Shown: positions 10,498-20,520, numbered from the stretch's first letter. The stretch is 64,000 nt of DNA from Trueperaceae bacterium (GCA_965215565.1 CBDCDZ010000004.1:1632001-1696000), one strand, 5' to 3'. Notes: generated from the sequence alone by a model not told the origin. Made by a program: numbers and translations.

Positions 10498-11493
10498 ATG
10501 AACATAGGACGCATGGACATAGGACAGACAGACGTGGGAAAAACAGACACAGGACAGACGGCAAAACGTTCGGCACCTATCACTCAAACCGCAACGAACG
10601 GTGTCGTCGCGTCGCTTGCGCGCGTCAGCAAGCGCTACGGCAAAGTGCAGGCGCTTAAAGAGGTCAGCTTGGAGGTTCGCGCTGGGGAGATCGTCGCGGT
10701 GCTAGGACCGAACGGCGCGGGCAAAACCACCGCCGTGAGCCTCATGCTCGGGCTGCTCGCGCCGACGCGGGGGACGGTGCGGCTCTTCGGTGGTGACCCG
10801 CGCGCCGCCTCCAGCCGGACGCGCGTGGGCGCGATGTTGCAGATTTCGGGCGTGCCGGAAACCTTGAGGGTGCGCGAGCATCTCGAGCTGTTCAGCAGCT
10901 ACTACCCCCAGCCGTTAGCTCTAGAAGAGGTCGTCCGCGTCGCAGGTTTGACCGGCTTAGAGAGGCGCGCTTACGGCGCGCTTTCGGGCGGTCAAAAGCG
11001 GCGCTTACATTTCGCCCTGGCACTCTGCGGCGATCCTGACCTGCTCTTTTTGGACGAGCCTACCGCAGGGCTAGACGCCGCCGCGCGCCGCGCCTTCTGG
11101 AAGCAGATACGCGACTTTGTAGGGCGCGGCAAGACTGCGGTCTTGACGACACACTACCTGGAGGAAGCCGACGCTTTAGCGGACCGCATCGTCGTGATCA
11201 GCGGGGGCGAACTTATCGCGGCAGGGACGCCCGCCGCGATCAAGGCTGGGACGGCGGGGCGGCGCGTCCGCTGCGTGACGCGGCTTCGCCGAGATGAGGT
11301 GGCGGGCTTGCCAGGCGTGAGCGCCGCGGCACATGACGGCGCGGCGCTCACGCTGCTCGTGGCGGAGGCGGAGCCCGTCGTTCGGGAACTCCTGCGGCGC
11401 GACCCGGACCTGCGAGGCTTGGAAGTTTCTGACGCGAGCCTAGAAGAAGCCTTTTTCGCCCTTACCGAAACGAGAGAGAAGGTGTCCGCGTGA
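10498..11493 (+). CDS. ABC exporter ATP-binding protein (YvfR-like)
   Basis: GPNGAGKT, LSGGQ and LDEPT motifs. SD GGAGGT before 10498. Confidence 0.93.
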   Translation: MNIGRMDIGQTDVGKTDTGQTAKRSAPITQTATNGVVASLARVSKRYGKVQALKEVSLEVRAGEIVAVLGPNGAGKTTAVSLMLGLLAPTRGTVRLFGGDPRAASSRTRVGAMLQISGVPETLRVREHLELFSSYYPQPLALEEVVRVAGLTGLERRAYGALSGGQKRRLHFALALCGDPDLLFLDEPTAGLDAAARRAFWKQIRDFVGRGKTAVLTTHYLEEADALADRIVVISGGELIAAGTPAAIKAGTAGRRVRCVTRLRRDEVAGLPGVSAAAHDGAALTLLVAEAEPVVRELLRRDPDLRGLEVSDASLEEAFFALTETREKVSA

Positions 11494-12296
11494 GCGTACG
11501 CAGCGCACGTCCTACCGATTCGCCCGCAACCGAAGCGCGCAACCTGCGGCGGGTTTACCTCTTAGAAGCTAAATACGAATTCTTGAAGCTCTGGCGGATG
11601 CCCGCCTACGCCGTTCCCACGCTCGCTTTCCCGCTCATGTTTTACGTCATCTTCGGTCTCACCTTCGGGGACCAGTCGGCGGGACCCGTCAGCGTGAGCA
11701 CCTACATGCTCGCGACTTACGGTGCGTTCGGCGTTATCGGCGTGGCGCTCTTCGGGTTCGGGGTGGGCGTGTCGACGGAGCGCGGGCAGGGTTGGATGCG
11801 CCTAAAGCGCGCCTCACCGATGCCCTTAGCGGCGCACTTCAGCGCAAAAATCGTCATGGCGCTACTTTTCGGGCTCATCGTCGTGTTGGGGCTATTCGTG
11901 CTCGGCTTTTTCGTCGGCGAGGTGCGCCTGCCGCTCACCACTTGGCTCTCGCTACTCGGCGTGCTCCTCATCGGCGTGTTGCCCTTTTGCGCGTTGGGGT
12001 TAGCCATCGGCTACCTGGTTGGACCGAACGCCGCACCCGCTGTGGTCAACCTCATCTATTTGCCAATGGTCTTCGCGTCGGGGCTGTGGATTCCCATCTA
12101 TCAGCTCCCCGGCTTTTTGCAAGCAGCCGCGCCCTATCTGCCGCCCTACCACTACGCGCAACTCGCGCTCGGCGTCATCGGGGTGGAGCGCGGCGAGGCG
12201 TGGGCGCACATTGCGGCGCTCGCCGGTTTTACCGCCGTCTTCTCCCTGCTCGCGGCGTGGGCGTACTGGCGAGACGAAGGGAAGACATATGGTTAG
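11490..12296 (+). CDS. ABC-2 type permease (YvfS-like)
   Basis: About six TM segments. GTGA overlap with the ATPase stop codon. Confidence 0.9.
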   Translation: MSVRSARPTDSPATEARNLRRVYLLEAKYEFLKLWRMPAYAVPTLAFPLMFYVIFGLTFGDQSAGPVSVSTYMLATYGAFGVIGVALFGFGVGVSTERGQGWMRLKRASPMPLAAHFSAKIVMALLFGLIVVLGLFVLGFFVGEVRLPLTTWLSLLGVLLIGVLPFCALGLAIGYLVGPNAAPAVVNLIYLPMVFASGLWIPIYQLPGFLQAAAPYLPPYHYAQLALGVIGVERGEAWAHIAALAGFTAVFSLLAAWAYWRDEGKTYG

Positions 12297-12361
12297 AGAG
12301 GCGTGGCGGCTTACCGAGTCGGCGCGAACAGGTAGACCCAAACGGGTAGACTAGGATAACC

Positions 12362-13549
12362 GTGAACTATAGACCTAAAACCTGGCGGCTGCTGCCCGAG
12401 AACGAGGGGTGGGTGGCTTATGTCTGGCTTATCTATCTCCTCAACCTGCCGCTCGTGCTACTCTTTATGACGGACAGGACGTGGCTCGACTGGCTGTGGC
12501 TGGGCGTCGCGGTGGCGGCGTTTTTGCCCCTCTACTTCGCGAGCTTTTGGGTCAGCGGCGCGCGGCTGCTCGCGGTAGTCGCCCTGATCGTGACGCTCGC
12601 CTTCGCCTCTATTCCACTCAGTCCCGGCGCAAACGTCTTTTTCATCTACGCGGCGGGCGCGGTGGGCGGCTTCGCGCGGCTAGAGCGCGGGGCGTGGGTA
12701 CTCGCGGGCGTTTTCACCGCCACTCTCTTCCACGGGCTCTTCGCATTTTGGGGGTTGGGGTGGGACCTCACGAGCCTGCTCTACGCCTACGCGCCGCCCC
12801 TCGTCTTCGTGCCGGTGATCGGCGCAGTCAACCTCTTTTACGCGAGCCAGTCGCGGCACAACGCCGAGTTGCGCCTCGCACAAGAGGAAGTAGCGCGGCT
12901 CGCCAAGCTAGCCGAGCGCGAGCGCATCGCCCGCGACTTACACGACCTCTTGGGGCACACGCTCTCGGTCATCACCTTGAAGTCGGAGCTAGCAACGAAG
13001 CTCGCAAGTCGCGACGCGGACAAGGCGGCGGCGGAGATGCGCGACGTGGAGCGGATTTCCAGAGACGCTTTGGCGGAGGTGAGGCGCGCCGTCCAGGGCT
13101 ACCGGGCGCAGGGTTTCACGGCGACGCTCGTGAGCGCCAGGATGATGTTAGAGACGGCTGACATCGCCTTCGACTACGCGGCGGAACCCGTCACGTTCAC
13201 CCCCGAGCAGGAGAACGCCCTCGCCTTCGCCCTACGTGAAGCCGTGACGAACGTGGTGCGGCATTCGGGCGCGACGCGCTGCACGGTGCGCCTCGCCGCT
13301 AAGGGAAATGGCGTCAGCCTCGAGGTCCGAGACGACGGCTCGGGCATCGATTCGGACATCGACTCAGGCGGCGCTCGCCCCTTCGAAGGCTCTGGGCTGA
13401 GCGGGATGCGCGAGCGTTTAGCCGCGCTCGGGGGTGGGCTCGAACATATCGGCGAGGCGGGCACCTGTCTGCGCGTCTACCTGCCCCGAGTGGTCAGTAG
13501 TAGAACTGAGAATAGAGCCGAACGCCCTCCCGCGCCGGAGCTTGTATGA
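12362..13549 (+). CDS. membrane sensor histidine kinase (DesK-like, HisKA_3)
   Basis: ERERIARDLHDLLGH, EAVTNVVRHS, DDG and GSGL.GMRER motifs. Confidence 0.93.
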   Translation: MNYRPKTWRLLPENEGWVAYVWLIYLLNLPLVLLFMTDRTWLDWLWLGVAVAAFLPLYFASFWVSGARLLAVVALIVTLAFASIPLSPGANVFFIYAAGAVGGFARLERGAWVLAGVFTATLFHGLFAFWGLGWDLTSLLYAYAPPLVFVPVIGAVNLFYASQSRHNAELRLAQEEVARLAKLAERERIARDLHDLLGHTLSVITLKSELATKLASRDADKAAAEMRDVERISRDALAEVRRAVQGYRAQGFTATLVSARMMLETADIAFDYAAEPVTFTPEQENALAFALREAVTNVVRHSGATRCTVRLAAKGNGVSLEVRDDGSGIDSDIDSGGARPFEGSGLSGMRERLAALGGGLEHIGEAGTCLRVYLPRVVSSRTENRAERPPAPELV

Positions 13550-14163
13550 TTCGCGTGCTCATCGCCGAGGACCAAGGGCTGGTGTTGGGGGCGCTCGCGG
13601 CACTTCTAGACCTCGAGCCCGACCTCTGCGTCGTCGCCCAGGCGAAGGACGGGCGCGACGCGCTCGCGCTCACCCTAGAACACGCGCCGGACGTGCTCTT
13701 AACCGACATCGAGATGCCGCACATGACGGGGCTCGAGCTAGCCCAAGCCCTCCAGCGTCACAAGCTCGGTACGCCGAGCCTCGCGACGCGCGTGATCATC
13801 GTGACGACGTTCGCCAGGGGCGGCTATCTGCGCCGCGCGCTCGAGGCGGGCGCGGCGGGCTATCTGCTCAAAGACGCGCCCGCCGCCACGCTTGCGGACG
13901 CGGTGCGGCGCGTCTTCGCGGGCGGACGCGCCATTGACCCTGACCTCGCCGCCGCCGCTTGGGGCGAAGCCGACCCCCTGACCGAGCGCGAGCGCCTCTG
14001 CTTGCGCCTAGCTGGGCAAGGGCACACGAGCGCCGACATCGCCCGCGAACTCGGGCTCTCGGACGGCACGGTCAGGAACTACCTCTCCGAAGCGATCCAC
14101 AAACTCGGCGCGCCCAACCGCGTCCAGGCGGCGCGGTTCGCGCGAGAGAAAGGTTGGCTCTAA
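13546..14163 (+). CDS. NarL/DesR-family response regulator
   Basis: Receiver domain (AEDQ, DIEMP) plus LuxR-type HTH (GTVRNYLS). Confidence 0.94.
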   Translation: MIRVLIAEDQGLVLGALAALLDLEPDLCVVAQAKDGRDALALTLEHAPDVLLTDIEMPHMTGLELAQALQRHKLGTPSLATRVIIVTTFARGGYLRRALEAGAAGYLLKDAPAATLADAVRRVFAGGRAIDPDLAAAAWGEADPLTERERLCLRLAGQGHTSADIARELGLSDGTVRNYLSEAIHKLGAPNRVQAARFAREKGWL

Positions 14164-14332
14164 GAACGGCCTGCGTTTACTTCACATTTGCGTCCGCGAG
14201 ACGAATACTTCACGCATGTACGGGTGTGTGCGTGACACCTTATAGTCATGGTTTGTCGCTTGTGGCGCAGGTTCTTAGCAACCCTGGAGAGTGAATTAGG
14301 CGGAACGAGGTTCGATCGAGAAGGGACGGCGG

Positions 14333-17300
14333 GTGGGTCCGGTGCTCGAGACTAATCCCGACTTAGAACGAGAATTTAACCTGGCAAGTTTCCGCGAGGC
14401 GCTTTTGGACGTGGTCAGCGACGCACTGACGCACGGCGAAGACGGCGCGTTTTACCAGCGGCTCTTAGAGCGGGCGGTGCCGGTCATACCAGGCGCGCAA
14501 GCGGGCAGCATCTTTCTCCTCGAGCCCTCGGGCAACTACCGCGTCTGCGCGGCGCTAGGCTACGACTTGGCGAGCCTCAAGGAGGTCTCGCTCACCTTGG
14601 ACGAGCTTGCGCCCACCATCGACGCGCAGACCTATGGACCCTATCTGGCGCGCAACTTTGCGCAACTCAACCGCGAGGTGGTGCGGGGGAGTGCGCGGCG
14701 CGTCCTTAACGGTGCGGGCAGAGCCGAAGCGATCAAAGTCGCGCTCTCCGTGCCGGTCATGGTGGGGCGGACGATGCGGGCGGTGCTCTTTTTCGACAAC
14801 TTCGCTCAGGTGGACGCCTTTGATAAGGACGCGCTCGAGATGGCGCAGATGTTCGGCGCGCAGATTGGCGTCGTGTTGCAGCGCTTAGCGGAGCAGCGCG
14901 GCGCAGAGACGTGGGCGCGCTTTCAGCGGTATCTCTTAGAGGTGGCGAGCACGGTCCTGGCTGAGCGGCTCGACGAGAGCTTCTATGGGCGCTTCATCGA
15001 GGGCGCAGTTAAGGCGATTCCAGGAGCCGAAGGGGGCAGCGTTTTAGTGCGGCGCGAGGACGGCGCTCACCCCTACTTTTGCTACGCAGCGGCGCACGGC
15101 TACGACCTCAGCGCGTTGCAGTCCGTCCGCTACAGCGCGACCGAGTTGGAGCGTTGGCACAGTAAACAGGAAGGTAAGCAGGAAGGCGGGCAGGAGAACG
15201 CCAGAGGAGCGCGGCTCGTCTCCTACCGAAGCGGCAGCCACGACGCCGAAAAGCGCGCGCAGTTGCGCAGCTCGGGACGCCTCGACGAGATTGAAGTCAC
15301 CCTCGCCGCCCCGGTGCGCGTGGGCGGACGCTTAGAGGCGCTCATCAATCTGGAGAGCTTCAGCACCCCGAACGCCTTTTCTAACGAGACGGTGCAGTTC
15401 GCCGAGGTGCTCGCCAAACAAGTGGGTGTGGTGCTGCGCCGCTTGCAGCTCGAGCGCGAAGCGGAGCGGCAGAGCACCGTGCTGCGCCTGCTGAGCCAGT
15501 TGGAGCGCCTCCTCTTAGCCTTCGGCTCCCTGGAAGGCTTTTTTCCGCTGCTCGCCAAGCTTTTACTCAGCGCGCCCATCGGCGTTCATACCGTGAGCAT
15601 CTACCGCCTCGCCTCGCCCGACCGCCTAGAGGTTGACCTCTACGGCTTGACCCGCGAAACGCGCGAGCGGGTGCTCAAGACGCTCGCGCGCGAGGGGATG
15701 TTGGACTTGCGCGCCCCGCGGGGATTCGCCGCTTACACCGCGCTCAGGGCGCAGCCCGTCTACAGCCCCGACCTCCGCGAGGAGGCGACGTGGCTGGAAA
15801 CGGGCACGCGCGCCCGCGCGTGCCTCCTTCACCCCCTCGTACGGGGCAACACCCTGTGGGGCATGTTAGAGGTCTCGTCGAACCGCCCACACACCTTTGA
15901 CGCGCCCCTCCAAAACTTCATCGCACAGGTAGCGAGCAGCGTCCAGCTCGCTCTCGCAAAGGAGTCCGAGCGCGAAGAGGTGCGCGCGCAGCTCGAGAAA
16001 CTGAACGCGCTCGTGAGCGCTAACGAAACGCTGAGGAGCGCGGCGAGCTTCGCTGAAGTGTACGAGAGCACGACGCAGATGCTCGTCGCGCGCACGGAGG
16101 CGTCGTCCAGCAGCATCCTCCGCTTCGATGTGGACAGGGACGTGCTGACCGTCGTGGCGAACCACAGCCGCCACGGTGAATGCGCCGTAGGTCAGGAGCT
16201 GTCGCGCGGGCGCGGGGTGAGTTGGCACGTCCTCATGGGCGCGAAGCCCCTCACCCTGGCGAACGTCCACGCGGACGACGAATTCTGCGCAGTAGTAGAG
16301 GGCGTGGTAGGGGGTGCGGAGCCGGGGGCTCCCTGCTCGGATGCGCCAGACTTTCGCTCAGCAGGAGAAAACCTGCTCGGCTGTTCGGCTCAACCGGACT
16401 TTGAACCGAAGCCGCCGCGTCACCAGGTGGCGCACTACGTCGGCTGCCCGCTCATGGACTCCAACGGCGAGGTTATCGGCGTGCTTTCGGCGTGGGGGGA
16501 CGCCCCTTTTTCGGGAAGCGAAGTCGCCTTCGCCGAGGCAGTGGCGCAGAGCTGCACGGGCGCGCTCGTGCGACTCGGCTTAGTCGGTAAAACTAAGCGC
16601 GAGGCGCGGGCGTACCGAGCTTTAGCTAACTTCGGGGAGACTATCGAGGAGATCAACGACGTGGCGCAGCTCATGGAACTCGGGCTCACGAGCTTATCCG
16701 AGCAGATCGGCATGGACATGGCGACGTACTACGACGTCCGGGACGACGGATGCTATCCCGCCAACCTCTACGGCTCCTACCCCGAGCGCCTAGAACTCGT
16801 GCGCGCGCCTATCGCGGTAGGCGAAGGTTTGGTGGGGCGCGTTGCGCGCACCGGCGAAGTCGCCTCCGTATCGGACTACCGCGCGTGGTCTCACGCCCTG
16901 CCCGCTTACGCGGCGTTAGGCGTCACAACGCTCCTCGTCATCCCCGTCAAGCAGCGCGGCGAGGTAGTCAAGGTCATCGCGCTGAGTTGCTTCTTTCGCT
17001 CGGTCCGCATCAGCGACGAACAGCTCACCGTCGCGCGCAACTTCGTCAAGCGCCTGGAGAACGCCTTGGAGCGCGCGGACAATCTACGCGAAGTCGAGGC
17101 GACGCGCGAGGCGACGCTGCGCTCTTTAGGTCTCGTGCTGGAATACCGCGACTTCGAAACGAAAGGGCACACCGACCGCGTGATGAACCTTTCGCTGCGC
17201 ATGGGGCGGCGCATGGGTTTTAGCAAAGCGGAGTTGCAGGCGCTGCGCTGGGGCGCGTACTTACACGACATCGGCAAGGTGGCGATCCCCGACAGCATCT

Positions 17301-17668
17301 TGCTCAAGCCAGGCAAGTTAGACCATCACGAGTTCGAGGCGATCAAAGAACATCCCGTTATCGGCTACACGACGTGCCGCGATATCCCCTTTCTGCCGCA
17401 GGAGACCCGCCAAATCGTGCGTCACCACCACGAGCGCTGGGACGGTCGCGGCTACCCCGATGGGCTCGCTGGCGACGCCATCCCCCTCATGGCGCGCATG
17501 TTCAGCCTTATCGACGTGTACGACGCCCTGACGAGCGAACGCCCGTACAAAAAAGCGTGGCCTGCCGGGGACGCGGTAGCCGAGATACTCAGGAGCGCGG
17601 GCAGCCAGTTCGATCCAACTTTGGTGCCCATCTTCGTCGAGATGTGCGAGGAGCACGCTCTGCTGTAG
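14333..17668 (+). CDS. multi-GAF HD-GYP cyclic-dinucleotide phosphodiesterase
   Basis: About five GAF-like repeats, then HDIGK and HHERWDGRGYPDGL. Confidence 0.88.
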   Translation: MGPVLETNPDLEREFNLASFREALLDVVSDALTHGEDGAFYQRLLERAVPVIPGAQAGSIFLLEPSGNYRVCAALGYDLASLKEVSLTLDELAPTIDAQTYGPYLARNFAQLNREVVRGSARRVLNGAGRAEAIKVALSVPVMVGRTMRAVLFFDNFAQVDAFDKDALEMAQMFGAQIGVVLQRLAEQRGAETWARFQRYLLEVASTVLAERLDESFYGRFIEGAVKAIPGAEGGSVLVRREDGAHPYFCYAAAHGYDLSALQSVRYSATELERWHSKQEGKQEGGQENARGARLVSYRSGSHDAEKRAQLRSSGRLDEIEVTLAAPVRVGGRLEALINLESFSTPNAFSNETVQFAEVLAKQVGVVLRRLQLEREAERQSTVLRLLSQLERLLLAFGSLEGFFPLLAKLLLSAPIGVHTVSIYRLASPDRLEVDLYGLTRETRERVLKTLAREGMLDLRAPRGFAAYTALRAQPVYSPDLREEATWLETGTRARACLLHPLVRGNTLWGMLEVSSNRPHTFDAPLQNFIAQVASSVQLALAKESEREEVRAQLEKLNALVSANETLRSAASFAEVYESTTQMLVARTEASSSSILRFDVDRDVLTVVANHSRHGECAVGQELSRGRGVSWHVLMGAKPLTLANVHADDEFCAVVEGVVGGAEPGAPCSDAPDFRSAGENLLGCSAQPDFEPKPPRHQVAHYVGCPLMDSNGEVIGVLSAWGDAPFSGSEVAFAEAVAQSCTGALVRLGLVGKTKREARAYRALANFGETIEEINDVAQLMELGLTSLSEQIGMDMATYYDVRDDGCYPANLYGSYPERLELVRAPIAVGEGLVGRVARTGEVASVSDYRAWSHALPAYAALGVTTLLVIPVKQRGEVVKVIALSCFFRSVRISDEQLTVARNFVKRLENALERADNLREVEATREATLRSLGLVLEYRDFETKGHTDRVMNLSLRMGRRMGFSKAELQALRWGAYLHDIGKVAIPDSILLKPGKLDHHEFEAIKEHPVIGYTTCRDIPFLPQETRQIVRHHHERWDGRGYPDGLAGDAIPLMARMFSLIDVYDALTSERPYKKAWPAGDAVAEILRSAGSQFDPTLVPIFVEMCEEHALL

Positions 17669-17767
17669 GGCCCGAGCGACACGAACGGTCCTACTTGCGG
17701 TTTACTGGGGAAGACTTTTAGGAAAGTCGTAGGCTCGAGACACCAGAAGTCTTGGGTAGACTTTATC

Positions 17768-17899
17768 TAGCAGGTATCATCTGGTCAGAGTGTACGAAGT
17801 CCTGTGAAGCAACACTACCACTGTATAAAGAGATGTCTACCACGCACATTCAGGGATGATACCTGTGGCACTTTGTCTCAGTACGTCTTGGAACTGCTA
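17768..17899 (+). mobile_element. family-1 MITE-like element, copy A (132 bp)
   Basis: TAGCAGGTATCATCTGG...GTCTCAGTACGTCTTGGAACTGCTA. 111-bp core plus a 21-nt cassette. Confidence 0.85.
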
Positions 17900-17926
17900 A
17901 TCCATCTCGCCCGCGTCATTTAGAGC

Positions 17927-17970
17927 AAGAAAACGGCTCGAGTCCTCTACTGAGAAGGACTCGAGCCGTT
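17927..17970 (-). terminator. hairpin/terminator after the nucleoside hydrolase gene
   Basis: 15-bp stem AACGGCTCGAGTCCT/AGGACTCGAGCCGTT with a T-rich run on the minus strand. Confidence 0.65.
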
Positions 17971-17982
17971 CCTACTTGCGGC

Positions 17983-19683
17983 TCAGCGTTTGGGCGCGGC
18001 GGTCATGAGGTCCTCTAACAGCGCTGTGATCTGCCCGCGCGACATCTTGCGCACCAGTCGCTGGTGACGTCCGTTGTTGGGCGAGACCCACTTTGTGGTG
18101 CCGCTCTTGCTGATCTCTAAATGCCTGTCCACCTTGGGCATGGCGAAGTAGCGTCCACCCGGACCTGAAAACCCGCGCACGGCGTAGAGGACCGCGCAGG
18201 GGTCCCAACTGTCGCGCCCCACCCCCTCCTTTTTGAAGAAGAGCTTGTAAGACTCGCGCACTGGGTTGCTCTTGGGCGTTCTGCGCGCTAGCGACTGCCC
18301 GGTCATGACGTCGCCGCAGACGTTGCCAGCCGCAAACGTCATCTTGGTAGGCCACGAATCCAGGACGCGCTTAGCTACCTGCGGGGTGATGCCATGCTTC
18401 GAGGTGCCCTTGAGGTAGAGGTCGCGCGCGCTGCCCGGATAGGTACCGCCCATAATCACGAGTTCCTTGACCTTGCGCTTGACGAGCGCCTTTCCGCTCA
18501 GGCGGCTGTACTTGTCTGGTCCCGACACGAGCAGGTCCGACAAGTTCGACATGAAGCCTACCGAGACCACTGTAACGCTGCCGTCGGGCTGCGAAGCGAG
18601 CGCCTTGCGGTAGACCGACACAGCGGAGGGTATCTTCTTGAGGTTCGTGTTGTGAGGAAAGCGCGCCGCGAGTTGACGCACGAAGTGCGCGTCGTTTTTA
18701 CGCCACCAGGGGGTGGCTTTGGGGAGCTGACCCTTGTTCGCGTTGCGCCCTACCAAGAGGTTCGGACGTCCGTAGTAGGTGTTGATGACGTCAATCGCCG
18801 CCGCCGCGTAAGGGTCATAGGTATTCGAGACCGTCGCCAAAAGCTTCGCCTCGCCTCGGTCCGCTAGCGCATGTAGCACCGCCAGCGCGCCCGCGTCGTC
18901 CACGTCAACGCCGATGTCCGTGTCCAAAATGACGCGGGGGCTACCCCCCTTAGCGCGAACGGGCGCGGACGGTCTAGGCTCGGCGGTGCGCTCGCCGCCG
19001 CTATATTCGATGTAGAGCGTCGGCGCGCCCTTCTTGTCACCGCGGTACGACTCGGCGACGCGCTTGCCATCTATAACACTGCTCGTGATGATAAAGGCGA
19101 GCGCGTTACCGCCGTCCCACCCTTTGCGGCTCGTGACCTCACCAACCACCGTAGAGAGGTCCGGGGTGCGCTGTTTAGCGCCGCGCTCACCGCGCTTTTT
19201 CCAAGGGTCTATCGTCCAGGTGCGCTTCGCCGAGGTCTGCTTCCGCTGTGAGATATTGCGGTTTTTACCCTGCGGGAAGCTCTTCGCGTCGTCGGTGTCT
19301 TCGGCGCGGACCGTTACCTTGACGTGTGCCCAGTCGGTCTCGTCCGCCTTGAACTGGATATACGCTTTCTTGATCGTCGCGCCGCGCGGCACCTCGATGT
19401 CGTCAAAGCGCAAGCCGACGCGCTGCTGACCGCGCAAAGCGTCGTGGGTCAACTCTATATCGGTACTACTGTTGATAACCAGACCCGAGGTGCGCTCTTC
19501 GGCGTCGTCCTTATCGGACGAGATGCGCGAAGAGGTCTTTTTGGTGGCGGTAGCCTCGAGTTCAGGCGGTTTTTCCAGACCGCTAGTACAGGCGCTGAGC
19601 AAGAAGATAACCGCGAGCACGTAGAGTGTAGAACGAAAGCTGAAAGGCAGCAAAGAGGCGCGCAACGAACGTGACGACATCAT
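17983..19683 (-). CDS. lipoprotein: N-terminal beta-domain fused to an inosine/uridine-preferring nucleoside hydrolase domain
   Basis: Lipobox LLSAC; GLRFDDIEVPRGATIKKAYIQF module; DTDIGVDVDD, ELVIMGG and SWDP motifs. Start is uncertain. Confidence 0.75.
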   Translation of the reverse strand: MMSSRSLRASLLPFSFRSTLYVLAVIFLLSACTSGLEKPPELEATATKKTSSRISSDKDDAEERTSGLVINSSTDIELTHDALRGQQRVGLRFDDIEVPRGATIKKAYIQFKADETDWAHVKVTVRAEDTDDAKSFPQGKNRNISQRKQTSAKRTWTIDPWKKRGERGAKQRTPDLSTVVGEVTSRKGWDGGNALAFIITSSVIDGKRVAESYRGDKKGAPTLYIEYSGGERTAEPRPSAPVRAKGGSPRVILDTDIGVDVDDAGALAVLHALADRGEAKLLATVSNTYDPYAAAAIDVINTYYGRPNLLVGRNANKGQLPKATPWWRKNDAHFVRQLAARFPHNTNLKKIPSAVSVYRKALASQPDGSVTVVSVGFMSNLSDLLVSGPDKYSRLSGKALVKRKVKELVIMGGTYPGSARDLYLKGTSKHGITPQVAKRVLDSWPTKMTFAAGNVCGDVMTGQSLARRTPKSNPVRESYKLFFKKEGVGRDSWDPCAVLYAVRGFSGPGGRYFAMPKVDRHLEISKSGTTKWVSPNNGRHQRLVRKMSRGQITALLEDLMTAAPKR

Positions 19684-19889
19684 AGAGATTCCTAACGTGA
19701 GGTGAGTGGAATAAATAGGTGAGCGCGGCGCAACACTATAGGCAAAGCGTATTAGCATAGCTTTTTGATACGGCTTCTTGACACAGCTTCGCCCACCTTT
19801 TCGCCGACACGTTGCCAACAGACCGCCCGAAAAGGTTCCCAAATGCTGCCGCGTTGTGCGGTAGTGTTATGCCTCCTCTACTCTTTCTG

Positions 19890-19919
19890 AACCCACTATG
19901 AAATATTTCATAGTGGGTT
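19890..19919. repeat. perfect 30-bp palindrome
   Basis: AACCCACTATGAAAT|ATTTCATAGTGGGTT with no loop. Confidence 0.9.
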
Positions 19920-20050
19920 TTCATGTATTATTCATTAACGAAACTTAATAAAAACAAGGTAAATTTCTCATAAAATTTGTGAGTCATGAATTTCATGAAC
20001 GTTTATGTTAAATCATAATTGTGTGAGTTTCACTTTGCTAAACTGCGTCT

Positions 20051-20341
20051 ATGAAACCTTCAGAGTCTCACAAGGTCAATCCAGAGGTCAAACTTAACCC
20101 GACGCTCATGGACTCGCCTCTTCAACTCACCTCTCACCAGGGCGTGTTGCAGGGACAGTTTTCAGGTACGTACGCCGCCTCGAACGGAACCGTCGTGCTT
20201 CACGCGCCGAAAGCTGCAACCGTCGAGGCGACGGTCACGGACGGGCACTTCCGCGTGGCGCAGCCGAAGCCGGGTTTCTACTGGCTCATCTTGCGCACGA
20301 ACGCGAGCCTGGCGCAGTTCGGTCCGGTGGAGATTGAGTAA
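20051..20341 (+). CDS. hypothetical small beta-rich protein, probably leaderless
   Basis: TGc-TAAACT 6 nt before the ATG and a terminator-like hairpin downstream. Confidence 0.6.
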   Translation: MKPSESHKVNPEVKLNPTLMDSPLQLTSHQGVLQGQFSGTYAASNGTVVLHAPKAATVEATVTDGHFRVAQPKPGFYWLILRTNASLAQFGPVEIE

Positions 20342-20384
20342 AGTTTAGCGCGGATAAACGAAGTATTCAGTACATTATGAGGCG

Positions 20385-20416
20385 TCCCGCTATTGAAACG
20401 TAGCGGGATTTGTTTT
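20385..20416 (+). terminator. probable intrinsic terminator
   Basis: TCCCGCTA-n8-TAGCGGGA-TTTGTTTT. Confidence 0.55.
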
Positions 20417-20480
20417 GGCGGTAGAGGGTTGAGGTCGGCTGACGCGCTTCATGAGCGGCGGTCACCAACTCTCACTCGCA

Positions 20481-20502
20481 AACAAGGGGTTGCAACCCCT
20501 TG
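20481..20502. repeat. isolated family-2 core palindrome
   Basis: AACAAGGGGTTGCAACCCCTTG without the family-2 flanks. Confidence 0.65.
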
Positions 20503-20520
20503 GACCTAGAACCTCTCGTT

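Noticed and set aside
20372..20409. Ninth family-1 copy (ACATTATGAG..TCCCGCTA, TAGCGGGAT)
   Set aside because: Only short matches and no termini. Kept as a terminator, possibly a remnant.
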